NCBI GenBank assembly: GCA_040756235.1
Contig: JBFLZG010000114.1
Location: 64,001-128,000 of the forward strand
DNA: 64,000 bases
Source of the DNA: a bacterium
Lineage (GTDB): Bacteria > Desulfobacterota > DSWW01
Direction of reading: 5' to 3'
Part shown: positions 23,861-35,788 of the stretch, in pieces
How positions within the stretch are numbered: position 1 is the first letter of the stretch
Layout: each line of letters starts with the position of its first letter
Notes under the pieces: generated by a model
The model's input: only the letters and a program-made list of their open reading frames with translations
What the model was told of the DNA's origin: nothing
The model's database searches: none
Program-made: the position numbers and the translations under genes

Positions 23861-25777
23861 ATGGGAAAAATCATCGGCATCGACCTCGGGACGACGAACT
23901 CGGTGGTAGCGGTCATGGAGGGAGGCGATCCTGTCGTCATTCCCAACGAGGAAGGCGGTCGAACCACACCTTCGGTCGTGGGTTTCACGAAGGACGGGGA
24001 GCGCCTGGTCGGTCAGGTGGCGAAGCGCCAGGCCATCACGAATCCTCAGAACACGGTCTCTTCGATCAAGAGATTCATGGGTCGTCGTTTCAACGAGGTG
24101 ACCGGCGAAATCGCCATGGTTCCCTACAAGGTGATCGCGGCCCCGAACCAGGACGTGCGCATCAAGATCCGGGACAAGGAGTTTTCGCCTCCCGAGATCT
24201 CCGCGCTCATTCTGCAGAAGCTCAGGGTGGCAGCGGAGAATTACCTCGGAGAGAAAGTGACGGACGCCGTCATCACGGTGCCGGCCTACTTCAACGACAG
24301 CCAGCGGCAGGCGACCAAGGACGCGGGAACCGTTGCGGGCCTGAATGTCCGCCGCATTATCAACGAGCCGACGGCGGCCGCGCTCGCCTATGGGCTCGAC
24401 AAGAAGAGGGACGAGACGATTGCGGTCTACGACTTCGGCGGCGGCACCTTCGATATCTCCATCCTGGAGGTCGGGGACAACGTGGTGGAGGTCAAGGCGA
24501 CCAACGGCAATACCCATCTGGGCGGGGACGACCTGGACCAGAGGATCATCGAGTGGATCGTCACCGAGTTCAAGAGGGACCAGGGAATCGATCTGAGCAA
24601 GGACCTGATGGCCCTGCAGCGGCTGAAGGAAGCGGCCGAGAAGGCCAAGGTCGAGCTTTCCTCCACGCAGGAGACGGAGATCAACCTCCCGTTCATCACG
24701 GCCGATGCCAGCGGGCCCAAACACCTCAGCATGAAGCTGACGCGGGCCAAGTTCGAGCAGCTCGTCGATGACCTCATCCAGAAGAGCCTCGATCCCTGCC
24801 GGATGTGTCTCAAAGACGCGGGCCTCGCGCCCAAGGACATCGACGAAGTCGTCCTGGTGGGCGGGTCGACGCGCATTCCCAAGGTGCAGCAGGTCGTCCG
24901 GGAGCTGTTTGGCAAGGAGCCGAACAAGAGCGTGAACCCGGACGAAGTGGTGGCCGTCGGCGCCGCGATCCAGGGCGGGGTGCTTGCGGGCGAGGTCAAG
25001 GACGTTCTCCTGCTCGATGTCACGCCTCTGTCGCTGGGCATCGAAACCCTGGGAGGCGTGATGACCCGGCTCATCGAGCGGAACACGACCATCCCCACCC
25101 GCAAGAGCGAGATCTTCTCCACTGCGGCCGACAACCAGACGAGCGTGGAGATCCACGTGCTGCAGGGAGAGCGGGACATGGCCAACGACAACAGGACCCT
25201 GGGCCGGTTCCATCTCGTCGGGATCCCTGCTGCGCCGCGCGGCATGCCCCAGATCGAGGTGACGTTCGACATCGACGCGAACGGCATCCTCCATGTCTCG
25301 GCCAAGGACCTGGGCACGGGCAAAGAGCAGAAGATCACGGTCACGGCCTCGAGCGGCCTGGACAAGTCCGATATCAACAAGATGGTCGACGAAGCGTCTC
25401 GGCATGCAGACGAGGACAAGAAGAAGAGAGAGCGCGCCGAGGTCCGCAATCAGCTCGACAGTCTGGTCTACACCACGGAGAAGACCGTCAACGAGAACAA
25501 GGAAAAGCTGTCGGATGCCGATCGCAGGCCACTCGAGACGGCCCTGGAAGACGCCAAGAAGCTCTTGGAGCGGGCCGACAGTGCGGACGTTGCGGAGATG
25601 AAGCGGGCCATCGAGGAGTTGACCCGAGCTTCCCACAAGCTTGCCGAGGCGATGTACCAGCAGGCGGCTTCCCAGGGACGGACCGCCGACCGAGGCCAGG
25701 CCGCAGGCGGCGCCGGCGACGGCAAGGGCAAGGCCGACGAGGACGTCATCGACGCCGAGTACGAGGACGCAAAATAG
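23861..25777 (+). CDS. dnaK: chaperone DnaK
   Basis: [43 protein letters not shown]. Confidence 0.99.
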   Translation: MGKIIGIDLGTTNSVVAVMEGGDPVVIPNEEGGRTTPSVVGFTKDGERLVGQVAKRQAITNPQNTVSSIKRFMGRRFNEVTGEIAMVPYKVIAAPNQDVRIKIRDKEFSPPEISALILQKLRVAAENYLGEKVTDAVITVPAYFNDSQRQATKDAGTVAGLNVRRIINEPTAAALAYGLDKKRDETIAVYDFGGGTFDISILEVGDNVVEVKATNGNTHLGGDDLDQRIIEWIVTEFKRDQGIDLSKDLMALQRLKEAAEKAKVELSSTQETEINLPFITADASGPKHLSMKLTRAKFEQLVDDLIQKSLDPCRMCLKDAGLAPKDIDEVVLVGGSTRIPKVQQVVRELFGKEPNKSVNPDEVVAVGAAIQGGVLAGEVKDVLLLDVTPLSLGIETLGGVMTRLIERNTTIPTRKSEIFSTAADNQTSVEIHVLQGERDMANDNRTLGRFHLVGIPAAPRGMPQIEVTFDIDANGILHVSAKDLGTGKEQKITVTASSGLDKSDINKMVDEASRHADEDKKKRERAEVRNQLDSLVYTTEKTVNENKEKLSDADRRPLETALEDAKKLLERADSADVAEMKRAIEELTRASHKLAEAMYQQAASQGRTADRGQAAGGAGDGKGKADEDVIDAEYEDAK

Positions 25778-25947
25778 AACACAATTCAGGCATCTTAGCC
25801 AACGAGAGGGTGCGCGAGACCCGCTCTCGAGAGGCCGCTGGGTGCAAGGCGGCGGGCAATCGACCACGAAGGAGGTTCGGAGCCTGTCCCGGAGAGGGCC
25901 GGGAACGAAAGACAGCGCGACGCTGCCGTGCATGCAGAGACAGAGCC

Positions 25948-25987
25948 GGGGGGGGGCGTGCGACGACTCGCGCCTCCCTCGTTTTTT
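25948..25987 (+). terminator. probable intrinsic terminator after dnaK
   Basis: GGGGGGCGTG...CGCGCCTCCC stem followed by GTTTTTT. Confidence 0.5.
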
Positions 25988-26114
25988 CGGAGTCCTGATC
26001 CGGGAACACGGCTCGTGAGCTCGCCATCTGTGTCCAGCATCTTCGTTTCCCGAACGCTGAGGAACCTTTTCGGGCGGGCAGATATCGAATTTCATGACTC
26101 TTTAGGAGGAAAAA

Positions 26115-26966
26115 ATGGGCAACACCCTGAAGACCACCTTGCTTCTGGGGCTCTTGACCGGCCTGATCCTGTGGATCGGGGGATATCTGGGCGGCCGATC
26201 AGGGATGATGATTGCGTTCGTGTTCGCCCTGGCCATGAACCTCGGCTCGTACTGGTTCTCCGACAAGATCGTCCTGGCCATGTACAGGGCCCGGCAGGTG
26301 GATCCGCAGCAGGCTCCCGGGCTCTACCGTATGGTGGAGCGACTGGCCCAGAGAGCGGAGCTGCCGATGCCGCGGGTCTTCGTGATTCCCTCGGATTCTC
26401 CGAATGCATTTGCCACCGGCCGGAATCCTCGCCATGCGGTGGTTGCCGTCACCCAGGGAATTCTGAAGCTGATGAGGGACGAAGAGCTGGAAGGCGTTCT
26501 CGCCCATGAGCTGGCCCACGTCAAGGACCGCGACATCCTGATCAGCACGATCGCCGCGACCATGGCTGGCGCCGTCATGATGCTGGCCAGCATGGCGCGC
26601 TGGACCGCGATTTTCGGCGGGTTCGGCGGACGGGATGACGAAGATCGGGGTGGCGGCATCTTCGGGCTCCTCTTCATGGCCATCCTCGCCCCGCTTGCGG
26701 CCATGCTGATCCAGCTCGCCATCTCGAGGACGCGCGAGTACCAGGCAGATGCGGAAGGAGCCAGGATCGCCGGACAGCCTTATGGGCTGGCCAGTGCCCT
26801 CGAGAAGCTCGGTCTGGCGACGCAACGTATCCCGCTGCAGGCCAATCCGGCCACCTCGCACCTGTTCATCGTGAACCCGTTGACCGGTAAGAGTCTCCAG
26901 TCTCTGTTCAGCACCCACCCGCCGCTCGAAGAAAGGATTCGGCGGCTCCGCGGGACCGCCGCATAG
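26115..26966 (+). CDS. htpX: membrane zinc protease HtpX
   Basis: [28 protein letters not shown]. Confidence 0.96.
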   Translation: MGNTLKTTLLLGLLTGLILWIGGYLGGRSGMMIAFVFALAMNLGSYWFSDKIVLAMYRARQVDPQQAPGLYRMVERLAQRAELPMPRVFVIPSDSPNAFATGRNPRHAVVAVTQGILKLMRDEELEGVLAHELAHVKDRDILISTIAATMAGAVMMLASMARWTAIFGGFGGRDDEDRGGGIFGLLFMAILAPLAAMLIQLAISRTREYQADAEGARIAGQPYGLASALEKLGLATQRIPLQANPATSHLFIVNPLTGKSLQSLFSTHPPLEERIRRLRGTAA

Positions 26967-27208
26967 GAGGCTGTCCGTAAATGCCCATCTGCTGCGTTGC
27001 ACTCATGGCGCATGGAGGCGAGGGGAGCCTGCCCCGGCGAAGGCCGGGGTCCACTATACTTCTACGTACGCCTCATTCCTCAGGATTTGACTCGCGCCGT
27101 CCATGGCGCTCGCCCGTCGGGCGCATCATCCTGGCGGATGGTGCGTCCAATTCCGCTGTCCTGCGGAATTGTCCTGCGCCTAGCATCTGGACATTTCTGA
27201 ACAGCCCC
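26966..27208 (+). mobile_element. MITE-like repeat copy with nested ~85-bp insertion
   Basis: Colinear with 8788-8953 apart from 27089-27173; begins at the htpX TAG. Confidence 0.72.
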
Positions 27209-27327
27209 CCGGAGCCAAATCTTTTGGACGGGCTCCTGGACTGGCTAGGCTAGGTCTGCGTAGGAGCAGACCCGCTCCAGAAGTTGCTGGAGGTCCGTTC
27301 CAGGAAATCAAAGGGGGACCCTGTGCC

Positions 27328-27783
27328 ATGAGCAAGGAAGAGCAGCAGGACAAGGGCTTTCGCGTCAGTGACCGGCGGCGAAGATCCTCGGTGGAAGGCG
27401 CTGCGGGAGGTGCCGGCAAGGAAGGCGAGCACCAGCATGCGACCGGCGCGTCCGAGGCTCCGGCGCAGGCTGGTGAGCGGGAGCCGGGTGCCCGAACGGA
27501 GGGCGAGCGGGAAAGAAAGCAATCCAGGGAGCTCCCGCCTGTCAATTTTTCCACTTTCGTCCTGTCCTTGAGCAGCTCGGTGCTGGTGCATCTGGGCCTG
27601 GCCGAGGACCCCGTCTCCGGAAGCGTCCAACGCGACCTGGACCTGGCCCGCCAGACGATCGACCTCTTGGGCATGTTGAAGGACAAGACCCGGGGAAATC
27701 TCTCGGAGGATGAAGGCCATTTGATGGACGGCATTTTGTATGACCTTCGTATGCGCTACGTGGAAGAGAAGAAAAAGGAGTGA
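27328..27783 (+). CDS. DUF1844 family protein
   Basis: F.VSDRRR, FSTFVLSL....LVHLG, ARQTIDLLGML..KT.GNL..DE...L..LRMRYV. Confidence 0.88.
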   Translation: MSKEEQQDKGFRVSDRRRRSSVEGAAGGAGKEGEHQHATGASEAPAQAGEREPGARTEGERERKQSRELPPVNFSTFVLSLSSSVLVHLGLAEDPVSGSVQRDLDLARQTIDLLGMLKDKTRGNLSEDEGHLMDGILYDLRMRYVEEKKKE

Positions 27784-27844
27784 TGCTGAATCCTGAAGCG
27801 GATCTGGGGGACGCAACCGGACGCGTCTGGTGCAAAGGAGTTGA

Positions 27845-29404
27845 ATGATGAGCAATCGATGGAGAAAGTGGGTCGGCGCCTTTTTGATCCTGATCGTCGG
27901 GCTGCTTGCAGGGCTCATCCTGTCGGCGCAGCTCGACGGAACGCAAAAGCTGGAAGCACTCTTGGGCATCGGAGAAGAGGAGAAGCCGGCCGTCAAGCCG
28001 CCGAACGCACAGGTCCCGCAAGCCGGGCCGGAGGCCGCCCAGACTGACGGCGAAACGGTCTGCCTGCCCGATTTCGGCAAACTGGCCGAGAAGATCGACC
28101 CGGCCGTCGTCAACATCAGCACCACGGAGACGGTCAAGGGCCGCACCCTGGGGCGCGGTTTCGGCGGGCGCGAGGGGCCGCCCAGGGGTTTCGGGCCGGA
28201 GCAGCCCCAGGATCCCTTCGAGGAGTTCTTCGAGCGGTTCTTCGGCGGGATCAATCCCTACGGCGACATGAAGCGCCAGAGTCTGGGAAGCGGGTTCATC
28301 ATCGAAAGCGGCGGCTATATCCTGACCAACCACCACGTGGTGAAGGACGCCGACTCCATCACGGTCATCTTCCGGGACGAGACCGAGACGCAGGCCAAGG
28401 TGGTCGGCAAGGACCCCAAGACCGATATCGCCCTGATCAAGGTGGATGTGGACCGGGCTCTTCCCGTCGCCAAGCTGGGGAACTCGGACACCTTGAAGGA
28501 GGGAGACTGGGTGCTGGCGATCGGCAACCCCTTCGGCCTCAAGTACACCCTGACGGCCGGCATCGTCAGCGCCAAAGGGAGGGAAATCGGTGCCGGCCCT
28601 TATGACGACTTCATTCAGACCGATGCCTCCATCAACCCGGGCAACAGCGGAGGCCCTCTCATGAACCTCAAAGGGGAGGTCGTGGGGATCAATACGGCGA
28701 TCGTGGCCGGGGGCGCCGGAATCGGCTTTGCCATCCCGATCAACGTTGCTCAGGACATCCTTCCCCAGTTGCGGGAAAAAGGCCGCGTATCGCGAGGGTG
28801 GCTGGGTGTTATGATCCAGCGGATCACGCCGGAGCTGGCCAAGTCGTTCGGGCTGGCCAAGCCGGTTGGCGCGCTGGTTTCGGAAGTGACTCAGGGCGGC
28901 CCGGCGGAGGATGCCGGGCTGGAGCGCGGCGACGTGATCATCGAGCTCGAGGGCCAGAAGGTGGAGCGCTTCAACGACCTTCCCAAGATGGTGGCGGCCG
29001 TGCCTCCCGGAACGACCGTCGAGCTCAAGGTCCTGCGCAAAGGGAAAGAGAAGACCGTCCGGACCAAGCTCGGCGAGCTTCCCGAGGAAGGAGAGGCTCC
29101 GGAGCCGGCCCAGGGCGGCGGAGAAAACCTCGGGCTCGAGCTGCAGGAGGTCACTCCCAACATCGCTCGTTCGCTGGGACTGTCGTCGGACAAGGGACTG
29201 GTCGTCACGGGCGTGGATCCGGAGAGCGCAGCGGCACAGTCCGGGATCCGGAGAGGAGACATCATCCTGGAGGTCAATCAGAAAGAAGTGGCGACCCTGG
29301 CCGAATTCCAGAAGCAGGTGCAGGAGACGAAGCCGGGCCAGATGATGCTGTTCCTCGTGAAGCGGCAGGAAGGGTCTTTGTACGTCGCCGTCGAGAAGAA
29401 ATAG
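27845..29404 (+). CDS. DegQ/Do family serine protease
   Basis: SLGSGF, TNHHVV, DIALIK, QTDASINPGNSGGPL, two PDZ domains. Confidence 0.95.
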   Translation: MMSNRWRKWVGAFLILIVGLLAGLILSAQLDGTQKLEALLGIGEEEKPAVKPPNAQVPQAGPEAAQTDGETVCLPDFGKLAEKIDPAVVNISTTETVKGRTLGRGFGGREGPPRGFGPEQPQDPFEEFFERFFGGINPYGDMKRQSLGSGFIIESGGYILTNHHVVKDADSITVIFRDETETQAKVVGKDPKTDIALIKVDVDRALPVAKLGNSDTLKEGDWVLAIGNPFGLKYTLTAGIVSAKGREIGAGPYDDFIQTDASINPGNSGGPLMNLKGEVVGINTAIVAGGAGIGFAIPINVAQDILPQLREKGRVSRGWLGVMIQRITPELAKSFGLAKPVGALVSEVTQGGPAEDAGLERGDVIIELEGQKVERFNDLPKMVAAVPPGTTVELKVLRKGKEKTVRTKLGELPEEGEAPEPAQGGGENLGLELQEVTPNIARSLGLSSDKGLVVTGVDPESAAAQSGIRRGDIILEVNQKEVATLAEFQKQVQETKPGQMMLFLVKRQEGSLYVAVEKK

Positions 29405-29430
29405 TTCTGACGGCGCGAAACACTTCAAAC

Positions 29431-29470
29431 AAAAATCCCTCTGGTCCATTGAGACCAGAGGGATTTTTTT
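29431..29470. terminator. bidirectional intrinsic terminator
   Basis: AAAAATCCCTCTGGTC-cattga-GACCAGAGGGATTTTTTT between convergent genes. Confidence 0.9.
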
Positions 29471-29516
29471 CTTGATGCCCGCGTGCAGCCTCAGACCTGA
29501 CCGGGAGCTGAAGGCC

Positions 29517-30800
29517 TCACACCGTCTCGATCAGCATGGCCATCCCCTGACCCCCGCCGATGCACAGCGAGGCCAATCCCAGCGACAGGCCGTTCCTTCG
29601 AAGCTCGTGGAGCAGGGTCACAAGGATCCTTGCGCCGGTGCAGCCGATCGGGTGCCCCAGGGAGACGCCGCTGCCGTGTACGTTGGTCTTCTCCATGTCC
29701 AGGCCGAGCTCTCGGACGCAGGCGATGGCCTGGGAGGCGAACGCCTCGTTCAGCTCGAAGCGATCCACGCGTGAGAGGGAGACGCCGGTCTTCTTGAGGA
29801 GCTTGCGGACGGCCGGGATCGGGCCGAGGCCCATGAAAGCCGGGTCCAATCCTCCGGAAGCATATCCGAGGATTCGTGCAAGAGGCTTGATACGGAGCTC
29901 GGCGGCCTTGTTGCGGCTCATGAGGACGAGCGCGGCGGCGGCGTCGTTGATGCCGGACGCGTTGCCTGCCGTGACCGTGCCCTCCTTGGTGAATGCGGGA
30001 GGCAGGCGCGACATCTTCTCGAGGGTCGTGTCCATGGGCCTCTCGTCCGTGGCGAACCGGATCGGCTCTTTCTTCTTCTGAAGGATTTCGATCGGCACGA
30101 TCTCCTGAGCGAAGATCCCGTCCTGGATCGCCTTCCTGGCGCGCTGGTGGCTCAGCAGGCCCAGCCGGTCCTGCTCCTCGCGCGTGATCCGGTAGGTCTT
30201 CGCGATGTTTTCCGCCGTCAGGCCCATGTGGTAGCCGTAGAAGATCTCCCAGAGGCCATCGTGCACCATCAGGTCGATCATCTCCTTGTTGAACATCCTG
30301 CCGCCCCAACGGCCGTCGGGAAGGGCGTAGGGGATGCAGCTCATGTTCTCCATGCCTCCGGCGACCACGACGTCGGCCATTCCCGCGCGGATCGACTGGT
30401 CGGCCAGCGCCACCGCCTTCATTCCCGACGCGCAGACCTTGCTCACCGCGAAGGCCGTGGTCTCCACGGGCATGCCCGCCCGCACGCTCGCCTGGCGCGC
30501 CGGGTTCTGCCCCTGGCCGGCGCCGACCACGTTGCCCATGATCACTTCGTCCACCCAGACCGGAGCCAGATCCTCGGCCCAAGGCTCCGCCTTCTTCTCC
30601 GGCGCGCAGGGGCCCAGTCCCTTCAAGGGCTCAGGCCCGAAGGAGCGCTGCTCCGCCGACACCGCAGGCCTCAGGCCTGCGTTTTCCATGGCCTTGCGGA
30701 TGACGCGGGCGCCGAGATCGACGACCGGAACCTCCTTGAGCGTGCCGCCGAAACCGCCGATTGCCGTTCGGATGCCTGCAACGATGACGACCTCTTCCAT
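29517..30800 (-). CDS. thiolase (acetyl-CoA C-acetyltransferase)
   Basis: KVCASG, NEAF, GHPIG, LCIGGG; extra segment between GLRP and VDEVIMG. Confidence 0.95.
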   Translation of the reverse strand: MEEVVIVAGIRTAIGGFGGTLKEVPVVDLGARVIRKAMENAGLRPAVSAEQRSFGPEPLKGLGPCAPEKKAEPWAEDLAPVWVDEVIMGNVVGAGQGQNPARQASVRAGMPVETTAFAVSKVCASGMKAVALADQSIRAGMADVVVAGGMENMSCIPYALPDGRWGGRMFNKEMIDLMVHDGLWEIFYGYHMGLTAENIAKTYRITREEQDRLGLLSHQRARKAIQDGIFAQEIVPIEILQKKKEPIRFATDERPMDTTLEKMSRLPPAFTKEGTVTAGNASGINDAAAALVLMSRNKAAELRIKPLARILGYASGGLDPAFMGLGPIPAVRKLLKKTGVSLSRVDRFELNEAFASQAIACVRELGLDMEKTNVHGSGVSLGHPIGCTGARILVTLLHELRRNGLSLGLASLCIGGGQGMAMLIETV

Positions 30801-30888
30801 GATAACCCTCCTCCCTTCTCCCAACCGCTTGTGCTCTCCCGTCCGGGAAGAACCCCGCTGTCCTGTTCCGGTTCGTGCCTGCCCGATG

Positions 30889-32067
30889 TCAACAGCTCTC
30901 GACGATCAGGCTTACAGCTTCTCCTCCGCCCAGGCAGAGGCTCGCCATTCCCCGGCGCGCACCCTCCCGTTTCATGGCATGCAGGAGGGTCACCAACACC
31001 CGGGCGCCGCTGGCTCCGATCGGGTGACCCAACGCAATGGCGCCTCCGTGAATATTCACACGCGCCGGATCGAGGGCCAGCTCGCGCAGGACGGCCACCG
31101 TGGAGGAAGCGAATGCTTCGTTGACCTCGTGGAGATCAATGTCGGAAGCCCGCAGACCGGCCTTCTTCAACACCTTCGGAATCGAAAGGATCGGCGCGAC
31201 CAGCACGTACTTGGGGTCCAGGCCGCTCGACCCTTGCGCTCCGACCCGGGCCATGGGCCGGACGCCGAGACGGTCCGCCACCTCTTCGGCGAGGCATACG
31301 ACGGCCGCGGCGCCGTCGCTGATCTTGGACGAATTGCCCGCCGTCACCATCCCGTCCTTCTTGAACGCGGGGCGAAGCCTGGAGAGCGCCTCGAGCGTGG
31401 TCTCGCGGGCGACTTCATCCTTTTCGAAGACGCCAGGCGGGCCCTTGGCCTGGGGGACCTCGACCGGCACGATCTCGTCGCGGAAGTGTCCGGCGCGGAT
31501 CGACTGAAGGACCTTCTCGTAAGAGCCCAGCGCAAACCGGTCCATCTCCTCCCGGCTCACACCGTACTTTTGCGCACAGAGCTCGGCGCTCACGCCCATG
31601 TGGAAATCGTTGTTGATGTCCCACAGGCCGTCCTGCAGCATGCCGTCGACGAGCTTTCCGTGCCCCATTCGATAGCCGCTCCGCGCGCGGTCCAGGAGGT
31701 AGGGGCAGCGGTTCATGTTCTCCATGCCCCCGGCGATGACCACGTCGGCATCTCCGGTCTGGATCGCTTGGGCGGCCAGCATGACGGCTTTCAGCCCCGA
31801 GCCGCAGACCTTGTTGACGGTGATGCAGCCGACCTCCCAGGGCATGCCCGCCTGGATGGCAGCCTGTCTGGCCGGGTTCTGGCCGAGACCATGGGGCAGG
31901 ACGTTGCCCATGATGACCTCGTCCACCCGCTCTTTCGGAATCCCCGCGCGCCGCAGGGACTCGGTCATGACAATGGCGCCCAGCCGGGTGGCGGACACCG
32001 ATGCAAGAGCCCCGTTGAAGTCTCCGATGGCGGTGCGCACGGCGCCTGCAAGGACGACTCTTCTCAC
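30889..32067 (-). CDS. thiolase (acetyl-CoA C-acetyltransferase)
   Basis: [28 protein letters not shown] start at 32067 with AGGAG RBS. Confidence 0.95.
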   Translation of the reverse strand: MRRVVLAGAVRTAIGDFNGALASVSATRLGAIVMTESLRRAGIPKERVDEVIMGNVLPHGLGQNPARQAAIQAGMPWEVGCITVNKVCGSGLKAVMLAAQAIQTGDADVVIAGGMENMNRCPYLLDRARSGYRMGHGKLVDGMLQDGLWDINNDFHMGVSAELCAQKYGVSREEMDRFALGSYEKVLQSIRAGHFRDEIVPVEVPQAKGPPGVFEKDEVARETTLEALSRLRPAFKKDGMVTAGNSSKISDGAAAVVCLAEEVADRLGVRPMARVGAQGSSGLDPKYVLVAPILSIPKVLKKAGLRASDIDLHEVNEAFASSTVAVLRELALDPARVNIHGGAIALGHPIGASGARVLVTLLHAMKREGARRGMASLCLGGGEAVSLIVESC

Positions 32068-32320
32068 GATTTTCTCCTGTTTCTTGGATGAACGAAACAA
32101 ACCCTCGGATGGGTCGACGGATCGGGGAGGAGACGGGAGGTACGCAGTGAAGAGCTTACCTGCAAGCGCTCGAGAGGTCAAGGTCGGGCGCAAGGATCGC
32201 GTGAGGGGTCCGGCGCGCGGCACCCCGGGGCGGGGCTGCGATGGCCGGCGCGGGCCCGGACGGGCTTTCGATCCCAGTCTCACTGCCGCGACAAATCGGT
32301 ACAAAACGCTGAAAGTTTCG

Positions 32321-32350
32321 TTGACATGATTTTTAAGATAATGTTAGTTT
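32321..32350 (+). promoter_or_regulatory. sigma70-type promoter for the DUF1302 operon
   Basis: TTGACA-N18-TAGTTT with TG extension in an AT-rich patch. Confidence 0.5.
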
Positions 32351-32445
32351 CCGCTCAGTCACCTGGGGCGAAAAACCGTTCGCTTCAAGGGATCCGCTCC
32401 TGAGGGGTCCGGAACGCCAGCGACCGAGTTAGGGGGGGACAGAAC

Positions 32446-34386
32446 ATGCAAAGGGTCACTCGTCTTCTGCCAGGTGTTTTTCGCAGGCACCCGCGGCCGC
32501 TGCTCGTAGCATGCGCGGTCATTTTGGCCTGCACCGCGTTTGCCCCACCTGCAGCATTCCCGATCCAGTTCAACGTGGGGTCCATCGAGGGCAGCCTCGA
32601 CACGACGGTCTCGACCGGCGCCTCGGTGCGCGTGGGCGAGCGCAACCCGGAGCTGATCGCCGTCTCCAACGGCGGCAAGGCGAACACGGCCAACGGCGAC
32701 GACGGCAACCTGAACTTCGGGCAATGGGATCTGGTCTCACTTAATGCAAAGGTCCTTCACGAGCTCGATCTCTCGTGGAAGAATTTCGGGTTCTTCGGCC
32801 GCATGTATTACTTCTATGACTGGGCCATCATGGAGATCGACCCCGAGCGCACGGCTTTCAGCGAGTCCGCCCAGCGGCGTGCCGGGATGAACATCAAGTT
32901 TCTGGATGCCTACCTCAAGGGCGACTTCGAGCTGGCCGGCCAGCCCTTGACCCTGCGCGTGGGCAACCAGGTGCTCAACTGGGGAGAGAGCACCTTCATT
33001 CAGAACGGCATCAGCGTCATCAACCCGGTCGACGTTTCGGTGCTGCGCGTTGCCGGCGCGGAGCTCAAGGAAGCGCTTCTGCCGGTTCCGATGATCAACC
33101 TGAGCGCCGGCATCACGAACAACCTTTCGATCGAGGGCTTCTACCAGTTTTACTGGGACAATACCGAGATCGAGCCGAACGGCACCTTCTTCTCCACCAC
33201 CGACTTCTTCAGCCCCGGCGGATCCAGGGCCTTCCTGGCTTTCGGCAAAAACCCTCCCGACGGGCCCAAGGATTATCCTGCGACAGAGGTGGATGCGCCT
33301 CTGGGTCCCTATTTTTCCCGGCTCGGGGATGACGAGCCGGACGATCAGGGTCAGGGCGGGGCCGCTCTCCGGTATTTCGCTCCCTGGCTGAACGAGACCG
33401 AGTTCGGCGTTTACTACGTTCGCTTCCACAGCCGACTGCCCCTTGCAAACGGGCGGACGGGTCCGCCACCCCCTATCACGGCAGACCCTCAGACGGCTGA
33501 AGAAGTGATCGCTCTTCTCGAATACGGTTTGGCCAACGGGGATTATGCGAAGACGGCCGGCCTCTATCGCACCTTCCCGGAAGGCCTGCAGCTGGTCGGG
33601 GGGAGTTTCAGTACGGATCTCCCGTTCGGCATTGCAGCCCAGGGAGAGGTGAGCTATCACTGGGATCAGCCCATCCAGGTGGACGACGTGGAGCTTTCCT
33701 TCGCAACGCTTTCACCCATGGATCCGTTCCTCAACACACTCGCAGGCCTACAGGCGACCCTCGCAGGGCAAGAGCCGCCTCCCCCGGGACCCATCTTCGG
33801 AAACAGTCAGCTGGGGGCACAGGATTTCAATCAGGACGTCAAGGGCTATCGCCGCAAGGAGTACGTCCAGCCTCAGCTCACCCTGACCAAGATCTTTGGC
33901 CCGACCCTCGGGACCGACCAGATCGTGCTGCTCGGAGAAGTCGGCGCCGACTGGTTCTTCGGCATGGAGGCCAAGAGCAAGCTCCGCTACGAAGGGCCCG
34001 GCACCTTCACGAGCGCCAATCCGGTTTACCTGGAGGACAGCGGCACCGTCGCCTCCCTGGTCGAAATGCCCGGGGTCACGGCCGGCGGCTTTGCCGATGA
34101 CTTCTCCTGGGGCTATCGCATCGCTACCCGAGTCGACTTCAACAACGCCATCGGGCCGGTCAACCTCAAACCCTCCGTCGCCTTCTCCCATGACGTGAAC
34201 GGCACGACGCCTTCGCCGATCGGGAATTTCGTGGAGGATCGCAAGACCGTGACCGCTACGTTGACGGCCGAATATCTCAACATGCTCCGGGCCGCCGTCT
34301 CCTACACGAACTACTTCGATGGCGGCCAGCGCAATCTTCTCAACGATAGGGATTTTGTCTCGGTGGCAGCCAGCTTGTCCTTCTAG
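32446..34386 (+). CDS. DUF1302 family outer-membrane protein
   Basis: NGDDGNLNF, LDAY, G.QVLNWGESTF, INPVD....R..G.ELKE, DRDFVS...S.SF. Confidence 0.9.
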   Translation: MQRVTRLLPGVFRRHPRPLLVACAVILACTAFAPPAAFPIQFNVGSIEGSLDTTVSTGASVRVGERNPELIAVSNGGKANTANGDDGNLNFGQWDLVSLNAKVLHELDLSWKNFGFFGRMYYFYDWAIMEIDPERTAFSESAQRRAGMNIKFLDAYLKGDFELAGQPLTLRVGNQVLNWGESTFIQNGISVINPVDVSVLRVAGAELKEALLPVPMINLSAGITNNLSIEGFYQFYWDNTEIEPNGTFFSTTDFFSPGGSRAFLAFGKNPPDGPKDYPATEVDAPLGPYFSRLGDDEPDDQGQGGAALRYFAPWLNETEFGVYYVRFHSRLPLANGRTGPPPPITADPQTAEEVIALLEYGLANGDYAKTAGLYRTFPEGLQLVGGSFSTDLPFGIAAQGEVSYHWDQPIQVDDVELSFATLSPMDPFLNTLAGLQATLAGQEPPPPGPIFGNSQLGAQDFNQDVKGYRRKEYVQPQLTLTKIFGPTLGTDQIVLLGEVGADWFFGMEAKSKLRYEGPGTFTSANPVYLEDSGTVASLVEMPGVTAGGFADDFSWGYRIATRVDFNNAIGPVNLKPSVAFSHDVNGTTPSPIGNFVEDRKTVTATLTAEYLNMLRAAVSYTNYFDGGQRNLLNDRDFVSVAASLSF

Positions 34387-34423
34387 AAAGGCCTGCTGCA
34401 CGATAGGGAAAGGGGAGAACAAG

Positions 34424-35788
34424 ATGATCAAGAGGCTCATGTTACTCGGCGCTGGGTTGTCGATCCTGCTCTGGACGGCCATCCCCCTCGAAGCCAAGGT
34501 GACCCCGGAGGAAGCTGCAAAGCTCAACGGCGAGTTGACGCCGGCAGGCGCGATACGGGCGGGAAATCAGGACGGCACCATACCGGAATGGACCGGGGGC
34601 GTCACCAAGTGCGAGGAGGGCCGGAAAGAGGGAGACGCCTACAAGCAGCCGTTTCCCCCGGACAAGGTCCTCTACACGATCACGCCCCAGAACATGGACC
34701 AGTACGCGGACAAGCTGACCGAAGGCTACAAAGCCATGTTCAAGCGCTACCCGGATACCTGGAAGATGAACGTCTACCCGACGCACCGCACCGCCGCATG
34801 GCCGCAGCGGATTTACGATGCCACGATCCGGAACGCCACGACGGCGGAGCTGAGCGAGGGCGGCAACGGCGTCCTCAACGCCACGGAAGGGGCTCCCTTC
34901 CCGATCCCCAAGGAGGGGATCGAAGCGATCTGGAACCACCTCCTGCGCTACCGCGGCGAGTCGATCTACAGGATGTACGGACAGATCGCGGTGACTTCGA
35001 GCGGTGCATTCACTCCGGTCGTGATGGAAGAAAAGATCATGCTGCCCTACGCGCAGCCCGGCGCCACGATCGAGAGCGTGAACAACGTTTCCGTCTACTT
35101 CTTGCAGGAGGTCATGGCGCCTGCCCGGCTGGCCGGCGAAATTCTTCTCGTCATCGACACGATCGACCAGGTCAGGCAGCCGCGCAGCGCCTGGACCTAC
35201 AACCCGGGCCAGCGTCGGGTCCGGCGGGCGCCGAACATCGCCTATGACAATCCCGGCACGGCTTCCGACGGCCTCAGGACATCGGATCAGCTCGACATGT
35301 TCAACGGCGCTCCGGACCGCTACAACTGGAAGCTCGTGGGCAGGAAGGAGATGCTCGTCGGGTACAACGACTACGAGCTCCAGAACCCGAACTTGAAATA
35401 CAAAGACATCCTGCACGCAGGGCATACGAATCCGGAAGTGCTCCACTACGAGCTGCACCGGGTCTGGGTGGTCGATGCCACGGTCAAGGAGGGCACGAGC
35501 CACATCTATGCTCGAAGGACTTTCTATTTCGACGAGGACAGCTGGCAGGCTCTGGCAATTGACATCTACGACGCCCGGGGCCAGATCTGGCGCGTGCACG
35601 AGGCCCATCCCATCGTGTACTGCGATGTTCCCTTTCTCGGCCCGGTGGGCGAATTCAGCTACGATCTGCAGAACGGCCGGTACCTCGCCGTGGGCCTGAC
35701 CAACGAGACCCAAAGCTGGAAGTTCAACGTGAGGTATAACTTGGAAGACTTCACCCCTGATTCCATGAGACGCGCCGGAAAGAGATAA
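34424..35788 (+). CDS. DUF1329 family periplasmic protein
   Basis: LTP.GA.RAGN.DGTIPEWTGG, VYPTHR, W.YNPGQRRVRRAP, YELHRVWVV, DEDSW. Confidence 0.92.
   Translation: MIKRLMLLGAGLSILLWTAIPLEAKVTPEEAAKLNGELTPAGAIRAGNQDGTIPEWTGGVTKCEEGRKEGDAYKQPFPPDKVLYTITPQNMDQYADKLTEGYKAMFKRYPDTWKMNVYPTHRTAAWPQRIYDATIRNATTAELSEGGNGVLNATEGAPFPIPKEGIEAIWNHLLRYRGESIYRMYGQIAVTSSGAFTPVVMEEKIMLPYAQPGATIESVNNVSVYFLQEVMAPARLAGEILLVIDTIDQVRQPRSAWTYNPGQRRVRRAPNIAYDNPGTASDGLRTSDQLDMFNGAPDRYNWKLVGRKEMLVGYNDYELQNPNLKYKDILHAGHTNPEVLHYELHRVWVVDATVKEGTSHIYARRTFYFDEDSWQALAIDIYDARGQIWRVHEAHPIVYCDVPFLGPVGEFSYDLQNGRYLAVGLTNETQSWKFNVRYNLEDFTPDSMRRAGKR

Noticed and set aside
25780..25945. Possible ncRNA after dnaK (also 18516-18770)
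   Set aside because: Some hairpins, but no recognisable SRP, 6S, tmRNA or riboswitch signature, and GC-rich DNA folds by chance.
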